Made by a program: the position numbers and the translations under genes. Source: Eledone cirrhosa (taxonomy: Eukaryota). From it: a DNA stretch of 64,000 nucleotides. This document shows positions 1-12,789 of this stretch, piece by piece. The first letter of the stretch is position 1, and each line of letters opens with the position of its first letter. The stretch lies in assembly GCA_964016885.1 (NCBI GenBank), contig OZ024740.1, forward strand, positions 342,612,001 through 342,676,000. Direction: 5' to 3'. The notes under the pieces were generated by a model. The model worked only from the letters and a program-made list of their open reading frames with translations. It searched no databases and was not told the DNA's origin.

Positions 1-1452
1 TTTGAACTCAGAATAGCAAGGGCCGTAACTCTATGCGTCAAAGCATGGCATCCGACCCTCTACCAATACTGCCAATCCACCGCCATAATAGTATAATAAT
101 AATTGTTTCTACTTTTGGCACATGGCCAGCAATTACCCAGTACATTACTGGTACTTTATTTTATCGACCCCGTAAGGATGAAAGGTAAAGTTAACCTCGG
201 CGGGATTTGAACTCAGAATAGCAAGGGCCGTAACTCTATGCGGCAAAGCATGGCGTCTGACCCTCTACCGATACTGCCAATCCAGGCACAAGGTTAGCAG
301 TTTGAGTGGAGGGAAAGCGAATTAAATTGACCCCAGTACATAACTGCTTCTTTATACTATTGACCCACAGTTAATCTCAGAATTTAAAGAGTCAGAACAA
401 ATACAAGTCGATAGGGTTTCTAATTTAAGCATAAGGCCAGCAACTACATGTAATAATAATGGTTTCTGATTAAAGCACAAGGCCAAAGGTTTTGGGGGAG
501 GGAAAGTTGATTAAGCCTTAAGCATTTAAACCTGCCATATCCATCCAGAATTCTCTCACCTCTTTCCATTCAAAGCGGCTGTGACCGGCCACTCATACTG
601 ATGTTAAGGTATTGTTCTCAAAATAAATATCAAAATCTCATAGATTCGATATGAGATATTATGTGAGATAAAGCCTTTACCATAAAATATAATAGTAAAT
701 ATAGAGTAACGTAAATGCTAAAGGGTTAAATCAATCCCAGGACATTACTGGTTCTTTACTTTATTGAGCCCATAAGGATGAAAGGCAAAGTTGAACACAG
801 AATGTAAAGGGATGTAGCTCTATGCTGCAAAGCTCTACCAATCCACTGCCTTGCATTTTCTTGAATTACCATAACAATGGTTTCTGCACAAGGCCAACAA
901 TTTTTGGGAGGAGAAATCGATTAAATCAACCCCAGTTCATTACTTGTGTTTTATTTTATTGTCCCTATAAGGATGAAAGGCAAAGCTAACCATGGCGGGA
1001 TTTGAACCCTGAATGTAAAGGGTCGTAACTATATGCCACAAAGCATGTTGTCCGACGCTCTACCGATACTGCCAATCCATAACAATATTAAAAAGTAAAG
1101 ACCCTTTTCTGTTGTGAATGATCATGGATTTTGCACCTAGAAAGTTTCCCTCCAAGACATAAGCCTAGGTAAGATGTTTTTGTGGACCAGCAGCAGTCTG
1201 GGTGTCGAACTCACAACCTCACGATTGTGAATCCAACTCTCTAACCTTGGTAACTCTTGAGGGAGTCGTAGTGGCAGTGTATTGACATATGGCATAATAT
1301 ACAACAGTACTAAAACAACAACAACAATAATAATGGTTTCTGAGTTAGGCACAAGGCCAGCAATTTTGGAGGAGGGGAAAGTTGATTAAATCGACCCCAG
1401 TGTATTACTGGCACTTTATTTTATCGACCCCGTAAGGATGAAAGGCAAAGCT
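1..1452 (-). mobile_element. Cluster of about seven full or partial tRNA-derived SINEs with a Nin/Deu-type domain
   Basis: Minus strand shows A box TGGCAGTATCGGT, B box GAGTTCAAATCC, the segment GCCTTTCATCCTTACGGGGTCGATAAAAT and a (TAT)n tail. Confidence 0.9.
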
Positions 1453-1527
1453 AAATAATGTTAATAATGTTGGTCAGTGTAATGAGAAAAAAATAAATAT
1501 AATAAACAAAAAAAAGCTTATGTTTAC

Positions 1528-2140
1528 CTGTTCCCATGTCAGAAACTTTTGTCGATGTCAATGTTGGTTCATGTAAGAAATTTTTTGAATCTCTTGTGTC
1601 ATCGTATCTCCAAGCTGATGGTGCAAACAATGGTAGAGTCCTGTTAAATGGGTAAATCCCTATCCAATTTGGATAATGACAGTTGTTGTCAAAATATATG
1701 GAACTTCCATTGACAAGGTTAGGGTTAGAGTTAACATTAGCAGTAACACTCATATAAAGATACAACCATCCAGGTAGATTGGGGAAATCCTTTGACTGAT
1801 TAAACTTTTGTAGAATAAAACTGTGAAAGTAGGCTCTATTTAGTGCTAAGTTGTGTAAATGAAGCAATCCAGTTCTGTTGCGATAAAAAACTTTGCTCAA
1901 GAGATTATTGTATTTTGGTATCTGTGAAACAGTTCCAGGCCTCAGGAGAATATCAGACATCGATTTTGAACGACAGTTTTCTGCATTGACATTTTTCATA
2001 AAACTATCAATGTAATCAAATTTGTCTTTCTTCTGCCATTCCCACAGTGAACATTGACTAAGTCTTAGTATTCCTATGATGAAAACTAAACTGTACAGAG
2101 TCATAGGTGCTGAACCAGAGAATTTATATTTGATCAACAT
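1528..2140 (-). CDS. First coding exon of a secreted protein resembling the invertebrate GPR158/GPR179-ectodomain (Cache-like) family; gene continues beyond position 1
   Basis: ATG at 2140 and a signal-peptide-like stretch (MTLYSLVFIIGILRLSQCS). Motifs NRTGLLHLHNLALNRAYFHSFILQ, PGWLYLYMSVTANVNSNPNLVNGSSIYFD and FNRTLPLFAPSAWRYDD match my recollection of this family. Acceptor ttttgcttttag|G at 2254 and donor ACAG|gtaaac at 1528 (phase 1). The ORF tail at 1451-1527 is intron read-through. Confidence 0.8.
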
Positions 2141-3006
2141 ATTTTAGGTAAAATACTCAACACCCTTGTTGGAGAATATCTACAAAAGATCTGTGCTAGT
2201 GTGCAAAAAATTTTCTTTCTTGAAAGATCTGGAAGTGTGTAAAATAACTGCTGCCTAAAAGCAAAATGAGGTTATTTTAATCCTTGTATAGATTAGTAAA
2301 TATCAAAATTAATCACCATCCTTGCTATAAAACCTTTATTACTAATTGGAGGTTTCATTTTTTTTGTACTGAAAATACTAATTAGAAATAATTAGTGAAT
2401 ATCCTTTTAGTGGCAGTTTAGTCATGGTTTCATACTCAACGGAACATATTTCTGGTACTTATCAATTCCATTTGTTTTAACTGCTTGTGATTGAGTAGTA
2501 CACTATCCCAATGGATAGTTATTTCTTGTGTAGATTTCTAATAAAAAGTATGTTAAACGCCAACATTTTTTGAAACTTTAATAAACTTTAGAAAGGAAAT
2601 GAGAATAGAAGAATTGATAATATCAACTAGATTGGGTAAAGGGGAAAGGGTAACTATATACATCACATTTATCTTACAGCAGGTTATGATGACATCTAAT
2701 ACCCCTAATCTATTTTAAAAGAATAACTAAAGCCATTCTAGACCTCTAACAACAAATTGGACAATATTAATCCCGCCGAGGTTAACTTTGCCTTTCATCC
2801 TTACAGGGGTTGATAAAATAAAGTACCAGTAATACACTGGGATAATTACTGGCCTTGTGCCAATAGTAGAAACAATCTTTTATCTATGGATTGTAAGAGA
2901 AAAGACCATAATGTATTAAGTTAGTTTATAACTCTGAAACCAGCAACTCAGATGTCAATACCAAAGAGAAAGAGCTAAGTCATAACTTTTATAGACAGCT
3001 TATATG

Positions 3007-3052
<46 letters not shown>

Positions 3053-3109
3053 GACTTTAATGGGGGTAACCACAGTAAGTAAGGTACTCAATACATAGCA
3101 GAGTATAAA

Positions 3110-3540
3110 TATTTAATATAGAAATGGCTTCTACAGGACTAGAACTGTTTCATTTGAAGGAAATCATCAGGAAAGCCGACTGTCAATGTGTTATGGTGGT
3201 ATTTATAGATTTTCTGGTGGTAGGGGAAAGTGGTGATTGGGATGGGTGGAGGTCATTGGCTGATGGATTTCAAGAATGGGGGTTATTTGAAAAAAACTAT
3301 ACTTAGAGAAAAATACATAGTGAAACAGAATGATACAAATGCAGGCACTCCTAATTTTCAAGGTTCATCTAAGTATAGTTTTTTCCATCAGCCAATAACC
3401 TACACCCATCCCAATCACCACCTTCCCCTACCACCAGAAAATGTATAAATACTACCATAACACATTGACAGTCAGCTTTCCTGATGATTTCCTTTGAATG
3501 AAATAATTCTAGTCCTGTAGAAGCCATCTCTATATTAAAT
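3110..3540. mobile_element. Long inverted repeat (arms ~3110-3267 and ~3384-3540), Penelope-like terminal remnant
   Basis: The arms are reverse complements with scattered mismatches. Each carries a hammerhead core. The flank has a TAAGGTACTC end motif and TA/TG microsatellites. Confidence 0.7.
3126..3177 (-). ncRNA. Type I hammerhead ribozyme motif
   Basis: Minus strand reads GGCUUUC-CUGAUGA-UUUCCUUCAAAU-GAAA-CAG-UUCUAGUC-CUG-UA/GAAGCC. Core complete, stems I and III paired, stem II weak, GUA cleavage triplet. Confidence 0.65.
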
Positions 3541-3714
3541 ATATATATGTGTTGTCATCATCATCCTCACCATCATTTTACGTCCGCTCTTCCCTGCTTG
3601 TTTATTTATTTATTTTATAAAACAATTGGTGAACAACAGTGGCATTGATTAGACTTTTCCAATGAATAAATCACTGTATCACTGCCTTTCTAATGGTGCG
3701 AATAACAGATGGTG

Positions 3715-5850
3715 TCTGTAATCATCAATATCCTTTTATGTCCACTTTCCATACTGATATAAATTGGGCAGTCATTACAGTATGAGTCTTCCTAGATATG
3801 TTCAATTTTTGGCATGACACCAACCACTTTACAGAGTGAACTGGATATCTTTTATCATAGCACCAGCACTAGAGAAGTTGTCATGTCCTTGATATAACTA
3901 GTGAGTCCTCTCAGCTCTTTCTTGGTAGGGTTTCTACAGTAGGATATCCTTCCTACCACCTACCACCTTACAGTGTGTAGTGGGTGCCTTTTTCATGGCA
4001 CCAGCACTAAAGAGGTTGTCTGTCATTGACTACTCTTTCTACCTTACAGGGGATATAGGTTGGGGGGTTTGCAAGAAGGATGGTGAGTATGATGTCATGG
4101 ATGTATAGGGGTCTGACAGAGTAATGTGCAATAAAGGAGAGGATGGTTTCTGATAGTAGTTACTAAGAAGTTGTGTGTCAAGATTTTAAGGGGGGGGGGG
4201 GCTGATCCTGGATAGAGCGTGGGTATTATGACTTAAGAGGGGTGGAGGTGATCCTCAATATAGATGGGGTGGGGACCGTCCTGTGAAGGTGAGAGTAGCT
4301 ACTAAGGAGTGATAGTGAAAGTGGGGATATTTGGGGAGGTCAGGTCAGGTCATATTTTATGCTGGTTTCGGATAGTCTCCAGTATAGCATGTCATCAATT
4401 CCCACAGTCTTTTGTCATTTCCATTGTGAGGTTCAGCTTCATAAGGTCAGTTATCACAACCTCATCCTATGTCTTCCTGGGTTTGCCTCTTCCACAAGTC
4501 CTAACCATGAAATTTCTCCACGCAGCTGTAATTTTCTATATGCATCACATGTCAATACCAAAGCAGTCTTCTCTCCTGTATACTACTTCTAATTTCCTTA
4601 TGTCAAGTTTTTCTTTCAGCTCATTTATGATATGTTCTTCATGTATACTAACATTATACATCCATTGGAGTATATTCACTTAATTTCTTTCTAGCAGTTT
4701 CATGTCATCTGCAGTCAGGGCGTATATCTTACTGTTATAGAGCTTTGCAGTTTGCCTGCAGCTATCATACAGTCTACCTTTCATTCTAAGAGATAAACCC
4801 TTTATTGCCTGCAGCAATAACAGTTCCCTGAATTTCTTCGACATGCCCTCACTCTGACTATAATATATTTGGTTCATCCACCTCCACTACTAATAAGATC
4901 TTGATAGCAAAAGCTTTCTACCCCTTCCAGTGAACCTTCTGAATATTTGAGAGAATATCTTGAGTCTCTTGGTTATCCTTACTGTTCACTATTACTACAC
5001 ATCTACCACACATGAAGTCTACCCTTCCTATTAGTCTATCTGTGATTCTACTACATCTTTTGCCTGCCCAGTCCACATTGAGATACCATATAGAATTCCT
5101 CCCTCTCTTTTTCTACACATTGAGCATGGTCATTTCCCTGACAGTAGCAGGATATTATCCATTTTCTTACTTATTAAACTTTAGTCTTTAATAGGTTCTC
5201 TTTAAGGCCCTTTGATTCCAGATTTTGCTTCCATGTCTGGTACTTCTCTACTTCTTTGACCATTTCAGCTATGAGGACTAGATCATCAGTATACAAGATC
5301 TTCCACAGACATCCAGTATAGAATACTCTGTTATGACATGGTGGTCGGTAATAAACATGAGGGCGCTGATGACTGAGCGTTCGTGAACCTCCACCTGCTC
5401 ATTAAACTTTTCGCCAACTCTTACTATGTTAGTTATGCCTCTGTATATGGCTTGTACAGACTTCACAGACCATTCCTCTATCCCCAACTTCCTAAGTGAC
5501 CACCAAATTACAGACCATGAGATTCTGTCAAAAGTCTTTTCCAGGTTGACAAATGCTAGTTATAGGGGTTTATTCTTAGCTTAATCCTTTCTCTTGCAGC
5601 TATCTAACCAGGAAGATGGCATCCATAGTGGTTCTCCTGGGGATAAAGCTGAACTATATCTCATTAAGATTAATTCTGTCCCTAATTAGTTGTACAACAA
5701 GTGTGCCTGTGACCTCCATGACCTGATCCAACAGTTTAATGCCTCAATAATTTCCTCTCTCTTGTGCATCACCTTTGCCTTTGTAGCAGTAGACAATGAT
5801 GTTACTATGCCAATCATTGGGTATGACACCTTCCTACACTACCTCATTAT
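3715..5850 (-). mobile_element. Old 5'-truncated RTE LINE
   Basis: Decayed RT and C-terminal motifs (MKGRLYDSC, EEWSVKSVQAIYRG) plus 3' UTR repeats. Confidence 0.8.
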
Positions 5851-6480
5851 TTATGCTTTTTCTACCAAAGAGGCAACTAAAAGGGGTGGTATCAGGAAGG
5901 GATTCCAGCTATAAAACAATATCTCAAACCATCCTGTCCAACTTATACCAGCATTGAAGAATGGACATTAAAACAATAATGATGATGATGATGATACGTG
6001 TGTGTATGTACACTAAGGTTAGTATTCTCTGGGATTAAGGTTTGCATTCAGATTCGTTAGAGTGAGGTTTCCTCGTTGGCTCTCAGATGTGCACATGTGT
6101 GTATATATATACATGGTTAGAGAAACTTTTGTTCATTCTCTTGGTCACACATCTTCATGTACAATAAATCCAGTGAATCCATCAAGGTATTTTCATTTTC
6201 TTATTGTGAATTGTAAATGTAAGGATATCTAAAAATAGTATTGATCTTAATTACATTGAAAAAACAAGTATTTCAAACAATTAGTTTACAAAATGCAATT
6301 TTAAATGATAATATTAGCATCAATTTCTACATCAGCTTCAGGCTCTTTAACCCTTTCATGCAATATTTCTAATGTAAGATACTGCCAATAATTTTCAAAT
6401 AATTTTGAAAATTTGGAGGAATTTAGTAATATAACTCTCTTTTTATCAAATTAATGTTTGGAACATAACTTAACCATTTT

Positions 6481-6686
6481 TATAAATAACATTACAAATT
6501 GTTCACAATTTTCTCAGAATGAAAATATAAACTCAAATATAAACACCAATATAAACTCTCACTCTGATCGTATATTTTGGTGCGTTATATATTTGTGAGG
6601 TTCCTAGCAATAGTTAATTGTATTTATTATATGTGTTTATATTTTCATTCTGGAAGAATTATGAACAATTTGTAATGTTATTTATA
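6481..6686. repeat. Inverted repeat / MITE with ~60-bp arms
   Basis: TATAAATAACATTACAAATTGTTCA... is mirrored by ...TGAACAATTTGTAATGTTATTTATA. Confidence 0.7.
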
Positions 6687-7207
6687 CAACTGTAAATAAA
6701 ACTTATCCATTTTGTAATAATATTTCAAATGAAATACATTCTATTTCATTTAATTAAAGAAGAATTTTCAAGAATTTACTAGAATTATTAATTATTTTGA
6801 AATCTAAGATAGTAATTTAACATGTTTCTTATACTCTGATTTAAATAGTAACTATTTAAAATGGGTGGTTTTGTTTCATAGAATCAGAGCTGGTTTTGGC
6901 AGGGTTGATGTTAAAATGGTTAACAAAGGTTCTTACATAAAATTATGATGGAGTGTTTTTAGATAAATATAAACATTTTATAATAAACAGTTTTATATCA
7001 TTGAATCAGAGATGGTTTCAGGCAGTTAATCAAAGAAAAAATGCATTTTCTAAATGATATTTTATAGAATGTAAAAATTAACTTTTAAATAACAAAGTCA
7101 CAGATTCTATAACTGAATATGCTAAGGACTATGATTTAACATGAAATACTGCACAAGAATGTTTAAAATGATAACCACGTACTGAAGTTTAGTTACAAGG
7201 AACTTAC

Positions 7208-7350
7208 CTCATCTCAGTATTGATTTGTGGCAAAATCTTTGTTAAAATTCCAGTCAGTTTTTAAACTTCCCCAATAACACACACACCATAAAGATATTTG
7301 ATGCCAAAATTATGCAAAATACCTTATTCAACGACAAATAGGCCAATCAT
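7208..7350 (-). promoter_or_regulatory. Candidate promoter and non-coding first exon of the GPR158-ectodomain-like gene
   Basis: Perfect donor GAG|gtaagt at 7208 in unique sequence, with a CCAAT box (~7343) and TTGCATAA (~7310) upstream on the minus strand. No good acceptor nearby. Confidence 0.35.
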
Positions 7351-7504
7351 ATAAAAGATACTTGCTTAAATATGTTAACTAAATGTGTACTTTTGATTTT
7401 TAAATTTAATTGCATTGGGAGAGAACAATCTATTTCTCTGTTTTCTTTTAAATAATGGAACCACCTGAATGACTACAGTTTTATAATGTTTATGTCTGTC
7501 TGCT

Positions 7505-7536
<32 letters not shown>

Positions 7537-7615
7537 TATATATCTGTCTCTATCTATCTACCTATCTCTCTCTCTATCTATATTTATCTATCTATCTCCT
7601 CCTCTCTCTCCATCT
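7505..7615. repeat. (CT)n/(CTAT)n microsatellite; TA/TG/TAC/GAT tracts also near 3000, 7855, 10765, 20299, 34710, 35455, 53090 and 59970
   Basis: Directly visible. Confidence 0.95.
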
Positions 7616-7854
7616 CAGTCTATCTGTGTTATCCTCTCAACTCCACCAAGCCTACTGCTAATGATTACAACTGTCTTTTACTTAAACTCTGAGTTAATCC
7701 ATGTTTTGTCTAAGTATGGAAGTTGCTCTGTCTCTGAACGTCCTGTCACGTACAGGATGTGTAGACAATGAGAATGGCCAGGTCAACCATTGTCAGGAGA
7801 CATTTGTATAACTTATTTGGTATTTACACAGACCCATGTTTATATGAGATTATG

Positions 7855-7897
<43 letters not shown>

Positions 7898-8099
7898 TAG
7901 TGTGGAAAAATGGACATTAAACGATGATGATGATGTAGCCATAATCGAAGCTATAATCGAAATCTAATGGAACAAGTTTAAGTGTTGTTTACAAACCTGA
8001 GCTACAGAACAATACTGAAAACAATCACAATCTTTAACATAATGAAACAATGTTATGAAGATCTGCAAAAATGTAGGCATTAAAGTAGAAGTAATGGTT

Positions 8100-8545
8100 T
8101 ATAATAATAATAATAATGAAATTATTGTGTACAGTGCTCAGGTGCACTACAACTCATCAAAGGTGCATGTATAGTACATAGAATAATGTACAAATGTCAG
8201 GAAAATGAACAGTGTATGAGTCATGATATAATAATAACAACAATAATGAAATATTGTGTACAGTGCCCAGGTACACCACAACTCATCAAAAAAAGTGCAT
8301 GTACAGTACATAGGGCAATGCACAAACATCAGTAAAATGAACAGTGCACGAGTCATGATACACACGTGTGCATGTGTATGGAAGGGGTACATCAGGTGTA
8401 GTTTTGGCGTATTTCGGGAAGCATGAGTGTCTTAAAGGATGCAGTGTCTCGGCAGCTAACAACTGATGCAGGCAGTTTGTTCCATGCTTCAGCAACTCTG
8501 AGCGTGAAAAAATGTCTATGAAAGTCATGGGAGCTGTGCTTAATT
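8100..8545 (-). mobile_element. 3' end of a CR1/Jockey-like LINE with a duplicated ~125-bp tail; inverted tail copy at 42780-42890
   Basis: Direct duplication 8110-8230 / 8240-8360, (TAT)n tail, FFSR-like C-terminal coding remnant. Confidence 0.5.
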
Positions 8546-8774
8546 TATAATACAAGACCAGCAATTTGGGGGGAGGGGGAAGTCAATTAAATCGACCTCA
8601 GTGCATTACTGGTACTTTGATTTATCGACCCTGTAAGGATGAAAGGCAAAGCTAACCTCTGTTGGATTTGAACTCAGAACATAAAGGGGTGTAACTACGT
8701 CGTGAAGCATGGTGTCTGACGTTCTACTAATCCATGAAATAATGATTTCTAATTTAGGCAAAAGGCCAACAATT

Positions 8775-9320
8775 GTATGGGTTGGACAGGTCCATTTTCA
8801 GCACAGCATCTCTCCACTCACCATGTTTCTTCATCATCTTCTCTGTGAGTCTCAGTGATTTGAGATCAGCTCTCAACAACTCTGCCCAGGTCTTCTTTGG
8901 TCTACTTCTACTGCAGCTTACCATTGGGATTTTCTGGCATTTCTTCATCCGTGTGCATCACATGTCCAAACCAACACAATCTTCTCTCTTGCACACCACT
9001 TCTGATTCCTTTTAAACCCAGTTTATCCCTCAATTCATCCAAGCTCTGCCATTCTCTTACATATACATTGCACATCCTATGAAGCATGGTTGCTTAATTT
9101 CTCTCCAGCCTATGCATGTCCTCTGCAGTCACAGCCCATGTTTCACTACCAGCATTGCACTTTGCACGCAGGCATCATACAGTCATTCTTTTTTATGCAA
9201 GGAAAAACCTTTTGTTGTTATTCTAACTATTATGCTCTCAGAGCACCCTCCTCTGCTGATAATTGGGTCACCGAGATAGCAGAAGCTATCAACCACTTTT
9301 ATGGATTTTTCATGTGATTG
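8775..9320 (-). mobile_element. RTE LINE 3' fragment
   Basis: RSRPKKTWAE motif; similar to 25745-26270. Confidence 0.8.
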
Positions 9321-11729
9321 AAAGAGGTTTATATCACTGATGCCCTTATTGTTTTTATTTCTATTATCTCTTAACTGCCCAGAATTGATGTAAACATCTA
9401 TCTATACCCTTAACTACCTTGAATTCCTTTCCCTTTTCACTGGTCTATGAACATTGTTTCTAAGGAGCAAGATCTACTAAAAATCTGATTTCCCACATGT
9501 TACATGTCAAGGGTCTTTTAACCTTGATAACCTCAGTGAAAGCAATATTTACTACACATCCAAGTACAAACCAGGCTCAGTTTGCTTGACTTCAGTGAAA
9601 GAATGAGAACTGCTGTTTACAATGATATAGCCATAAACATGCCAACATGACAAGCAGACGTGAAATGATGATGATGACCCAAATAATGTTTCATATTTTT
9701 AGGCTATGTAATGTCTCTCTACACAATGAAATTTTATTGCGCTATTTCTTCAAGACATAGCCTAAAAATATTAAACATTATTTGGGTCATCATCATCATT
9801 TCACTGGTTAGGTGACCATGTCTTGTCCATATATTCCATTTGGGGCTTGGCTAAATGCCTTTCCTAATGCCAACCACTTTGCAGTCTTGACTGGGAGCAT
9901 TTTTCAGGGCACCAGCACTACCAATTTACAGGATGGACTGGGTGCTTTTTGGCAAGGCAGCAGCACAATCACCTTAAATAAGGTGAAAAAACCTTTTAAT
10001 GTTAATAAATGCTGTCAGCTTGGTGAACAAAATTATTTTTTAACATTCCTCTATTTTATTTCATTTTTCTTCTAGATTTATATCTTTAAAAAAACTTATC
10101 TTTGACTTAAGTTCACTGTGATATAAAGATACTGAAATCTGTGTCTACAGATATTAGGAAAAATATTTAAACTTTAATCTATGCTTTAAGTTGAAGGTTA
10201 ATACAGATTGAAAAAGTATATATTTTCATAAATACAATACATAATACTAAACAATATTCATCTTATATGTTTAATTATGAAAATATACTGAACAAAAATG
10301 ATTGATAACATTCTTTTCTAAATATAAAATTGTTTCAACTAATCGGCAGGCTTGGTTACACTATATGATGTTGAATTCTAATACACTGAAGCATGTCCAT
10401 AGTTAACCTTTGTTGACAAACAAAGATCCTCAAAACATACAAGTAAAGTATGAACAATTAATTTACAGAAATAATCTGCCCATCCTATTTTCTGGGAGTT
10501 GTTAACAACTGCCGCTAAATTTTTATTTTATTTCTCCAAAATAAAAGGAAATTTTCAGTTAAGAACTTTTTGCATACAGCATTCAAGTACAATCACCTTT
10601 TAACTTATGAGGTAAATTAATTACTTTAATTCTGAAAAGATAAAAACAGTAAACAGTTCTATTAGACAAAAACAGTAAACAATTACATTAAACAAAAATG
10701 GTAAAATCAAGAAAATGATATGTCATTGGAATGATACAGAAAAAATAATGCTATATTACTAACATAATGATGATGATGGTGGTGATGGTGTTGACGACAA
10801 TAACGATGATGATGAAACCATTACTCAGGGATTAAAAGTACAAACACATTCACTTCCATTTCTGCTTAAAAGCAGCATATGGCTATTGGTTAGTGGTGGC
10901 TACATGGCACAGTAATTTTACAACACATCCGATACAGGCTTCATCTTAACCAAACTAAACTTTATGAGTTTGAATGAACTTCTCTGGTAAAAAAAAACAT
11001 TTGTTGCTTAGTTTCTCATTAACAAATCAAAGTTAATAAGAAAGCATAAGGCTTCAAATTTTGATTGGAATGTATTTGATCATGAGTCAGCTGGATCATA
11101 GCTGACTTGAAGGTAAACAATATATGTTAATATTTCTTTTTAGAGGTGCTAATGATAGATATATTGGTGATAGATGTATACATATTGATAATAAATGTAT
11201 ATATATATTGGTGGCAGGGATAGGTATTTTGGTGATAAGAATGGATATATTATTTACAAGAGTAGATATTTTTGGTGAAAGGAATAGATATAAAGAATAG
11301 AGTTGTATCTGTTTTCAGCATTAAACCAGTTTTTTCTTTTCGTGGTGGCATGAGCTGGGTGAGCATTTTACTAGCACCAGTTTTTCTATAAGAAGAGTTA
11401 ACCTCTACATTTCTGGAAAAAGGGATGCTGCGAGTGATCTCCCATGACACTTCTCACAGCTCAACATGGCCAACTCAGAGAGAGAGAGACTTGACATGTT
11501 CTTTATGTACTTTATTTATTAACCGCAAATGAGTGCAATGCAAAGTTGACCTCAGTGGCATTTCCCCCCAGAACATGGAAAATCAGAACAAATGCAGCAA
11601 GGCATTCTATTCAACAACCTAATGATTCTGCTAATTTGCCACCTTTGTATTTAGATATAAAATAAAAGACAGAAGAGATTTACTTACTCTCTTCAAGGTA
11701 AACCTGAATCCCTTTTTTTAAAAAGTGTT

Positions 11730-11826
11730 TTATTTACACTTGTCAAACTGAATCGCTTTTAGTCTTGCATTCAATTTTGTCCGAATATAATTCCTTCCTC
11801 CATGTAACCTTTGTTCAAGCATCAAA
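11730..11826 (-). CDS. RGSL1-like exon I, last coding part as assembled: LMLEQRLHGGRNYIRTKLNARLKAIQFDKCK*
   Basis: tcctttcag| acceptor, phase matches exon H, TAA at 11732-11730. A perfect gtaagt donor follows at 11687. Confidence 0.7.
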
Positions 11827-12007
11827 CTGAAAGGATATCACAAAATACATTCATAAAGAAACATAAATTTAGGAAATAGTTTTGAATATTTGAGTATACA
11901 AGTTGGATATCTTACCATGGTCTGATATATTTTGAGCCTCCCTTGTACTATCAGTTCTGGTTTTAGACTTTATATCATATTAAACATTAAAAACCTTATT
12001 TGGAAGC

Positions 12008-12192
12008 ACTGGCAGTATCGGTAGAGAGTTGGACACTATGCTTTGCAGCATAGAGTTACAGTCCTTTATCGTCTGAGTTCAAATCCCGCCGAGGTTAACT
12101 TTGCCTTTCATCCTTACGGGGTCGATAAAATAAAGTACAAGTAATGCACTTGGTAATTGCTGGCCTTGTGCCAAAAGTAGAAACAATTATTA
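12008..12192 (+). mobile_element. Nin/Deu-type tRNA SINE; further copies near 2768, 8555, 27320, 35610, 42538, 42888, 47428 and 57283
   Basis: Same consensus as the cluster at 1-1452. Confidence 0.9.
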
Positions 12193-12334
12193 ATTGTCTT
12201 ATTTACTGCTTTAAGCTTTGTTCTACATTTAATAAGACATCAATATATATGTAGAACAAGATGGTAAGACTGTTTTCATATTTGTTTATGGTTGGGCAAT
12301 GGCCAAGTCTCAAGGTTGCTGAATTTAAAAGACC

Positions 12335-12745
12335 CAACCTGCAATAACATTTTATCTTTTGATTTATTACAAGAATATATTAGAATATGTGGTTAGGATT
12401 GTTTTGAAAAAGCCAGTACAATACATGTTAGGAACAAAGAAGTGAAAACTACAGTACAGTAAGACAAACAAAACAAGTTTACACTGTTATCTTATATTTC
12501 ATGATATTTCAGGGTTAGGATGTTTTTTTCTGCAGGAAAGCTTTGGTCATAATCTCCATCACACTCTATTTCCATTCTTTTGAAAAAGGAATCATAACTC
12601 TGAAATATCATGCAATATAAGGTAAAAGTGTAAACTGCAATTTTGTTTTGTTTATTATATTTTACTCAATTTTTCACTCATGTGGTGTACTGGCTTTCTC
12701 AAAATAATCCTAAATTAAAATGCAAATGTTATTGTATTGAAGTTG
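12335..12745. repeat. Old palindromic MITE with imperfect 150-200 bp arms
   Basis: For example AAAGCCAGTACA / TGTACTGGCTTT and CATGATATTTCAG / CTGAAATATCATG. Confidence 0.65.
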
Positions 12746-12789
12746 CTCAAAATATTCAAGATATAACATATATTACATGACCAATTTCC

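Noticed and set aside
1451-1527. Hydrophobic C-terminal tail of the 229-aa ORF, resembling a TM helix
   Set aside because: It lies past the donor at 1527 and is translated T-rich intron.
7486-7692. Low-complexity ORFs (also 20220-20402, 34702-34896 and 52948-53328)
   Set aside because: Translations of microsatellites.
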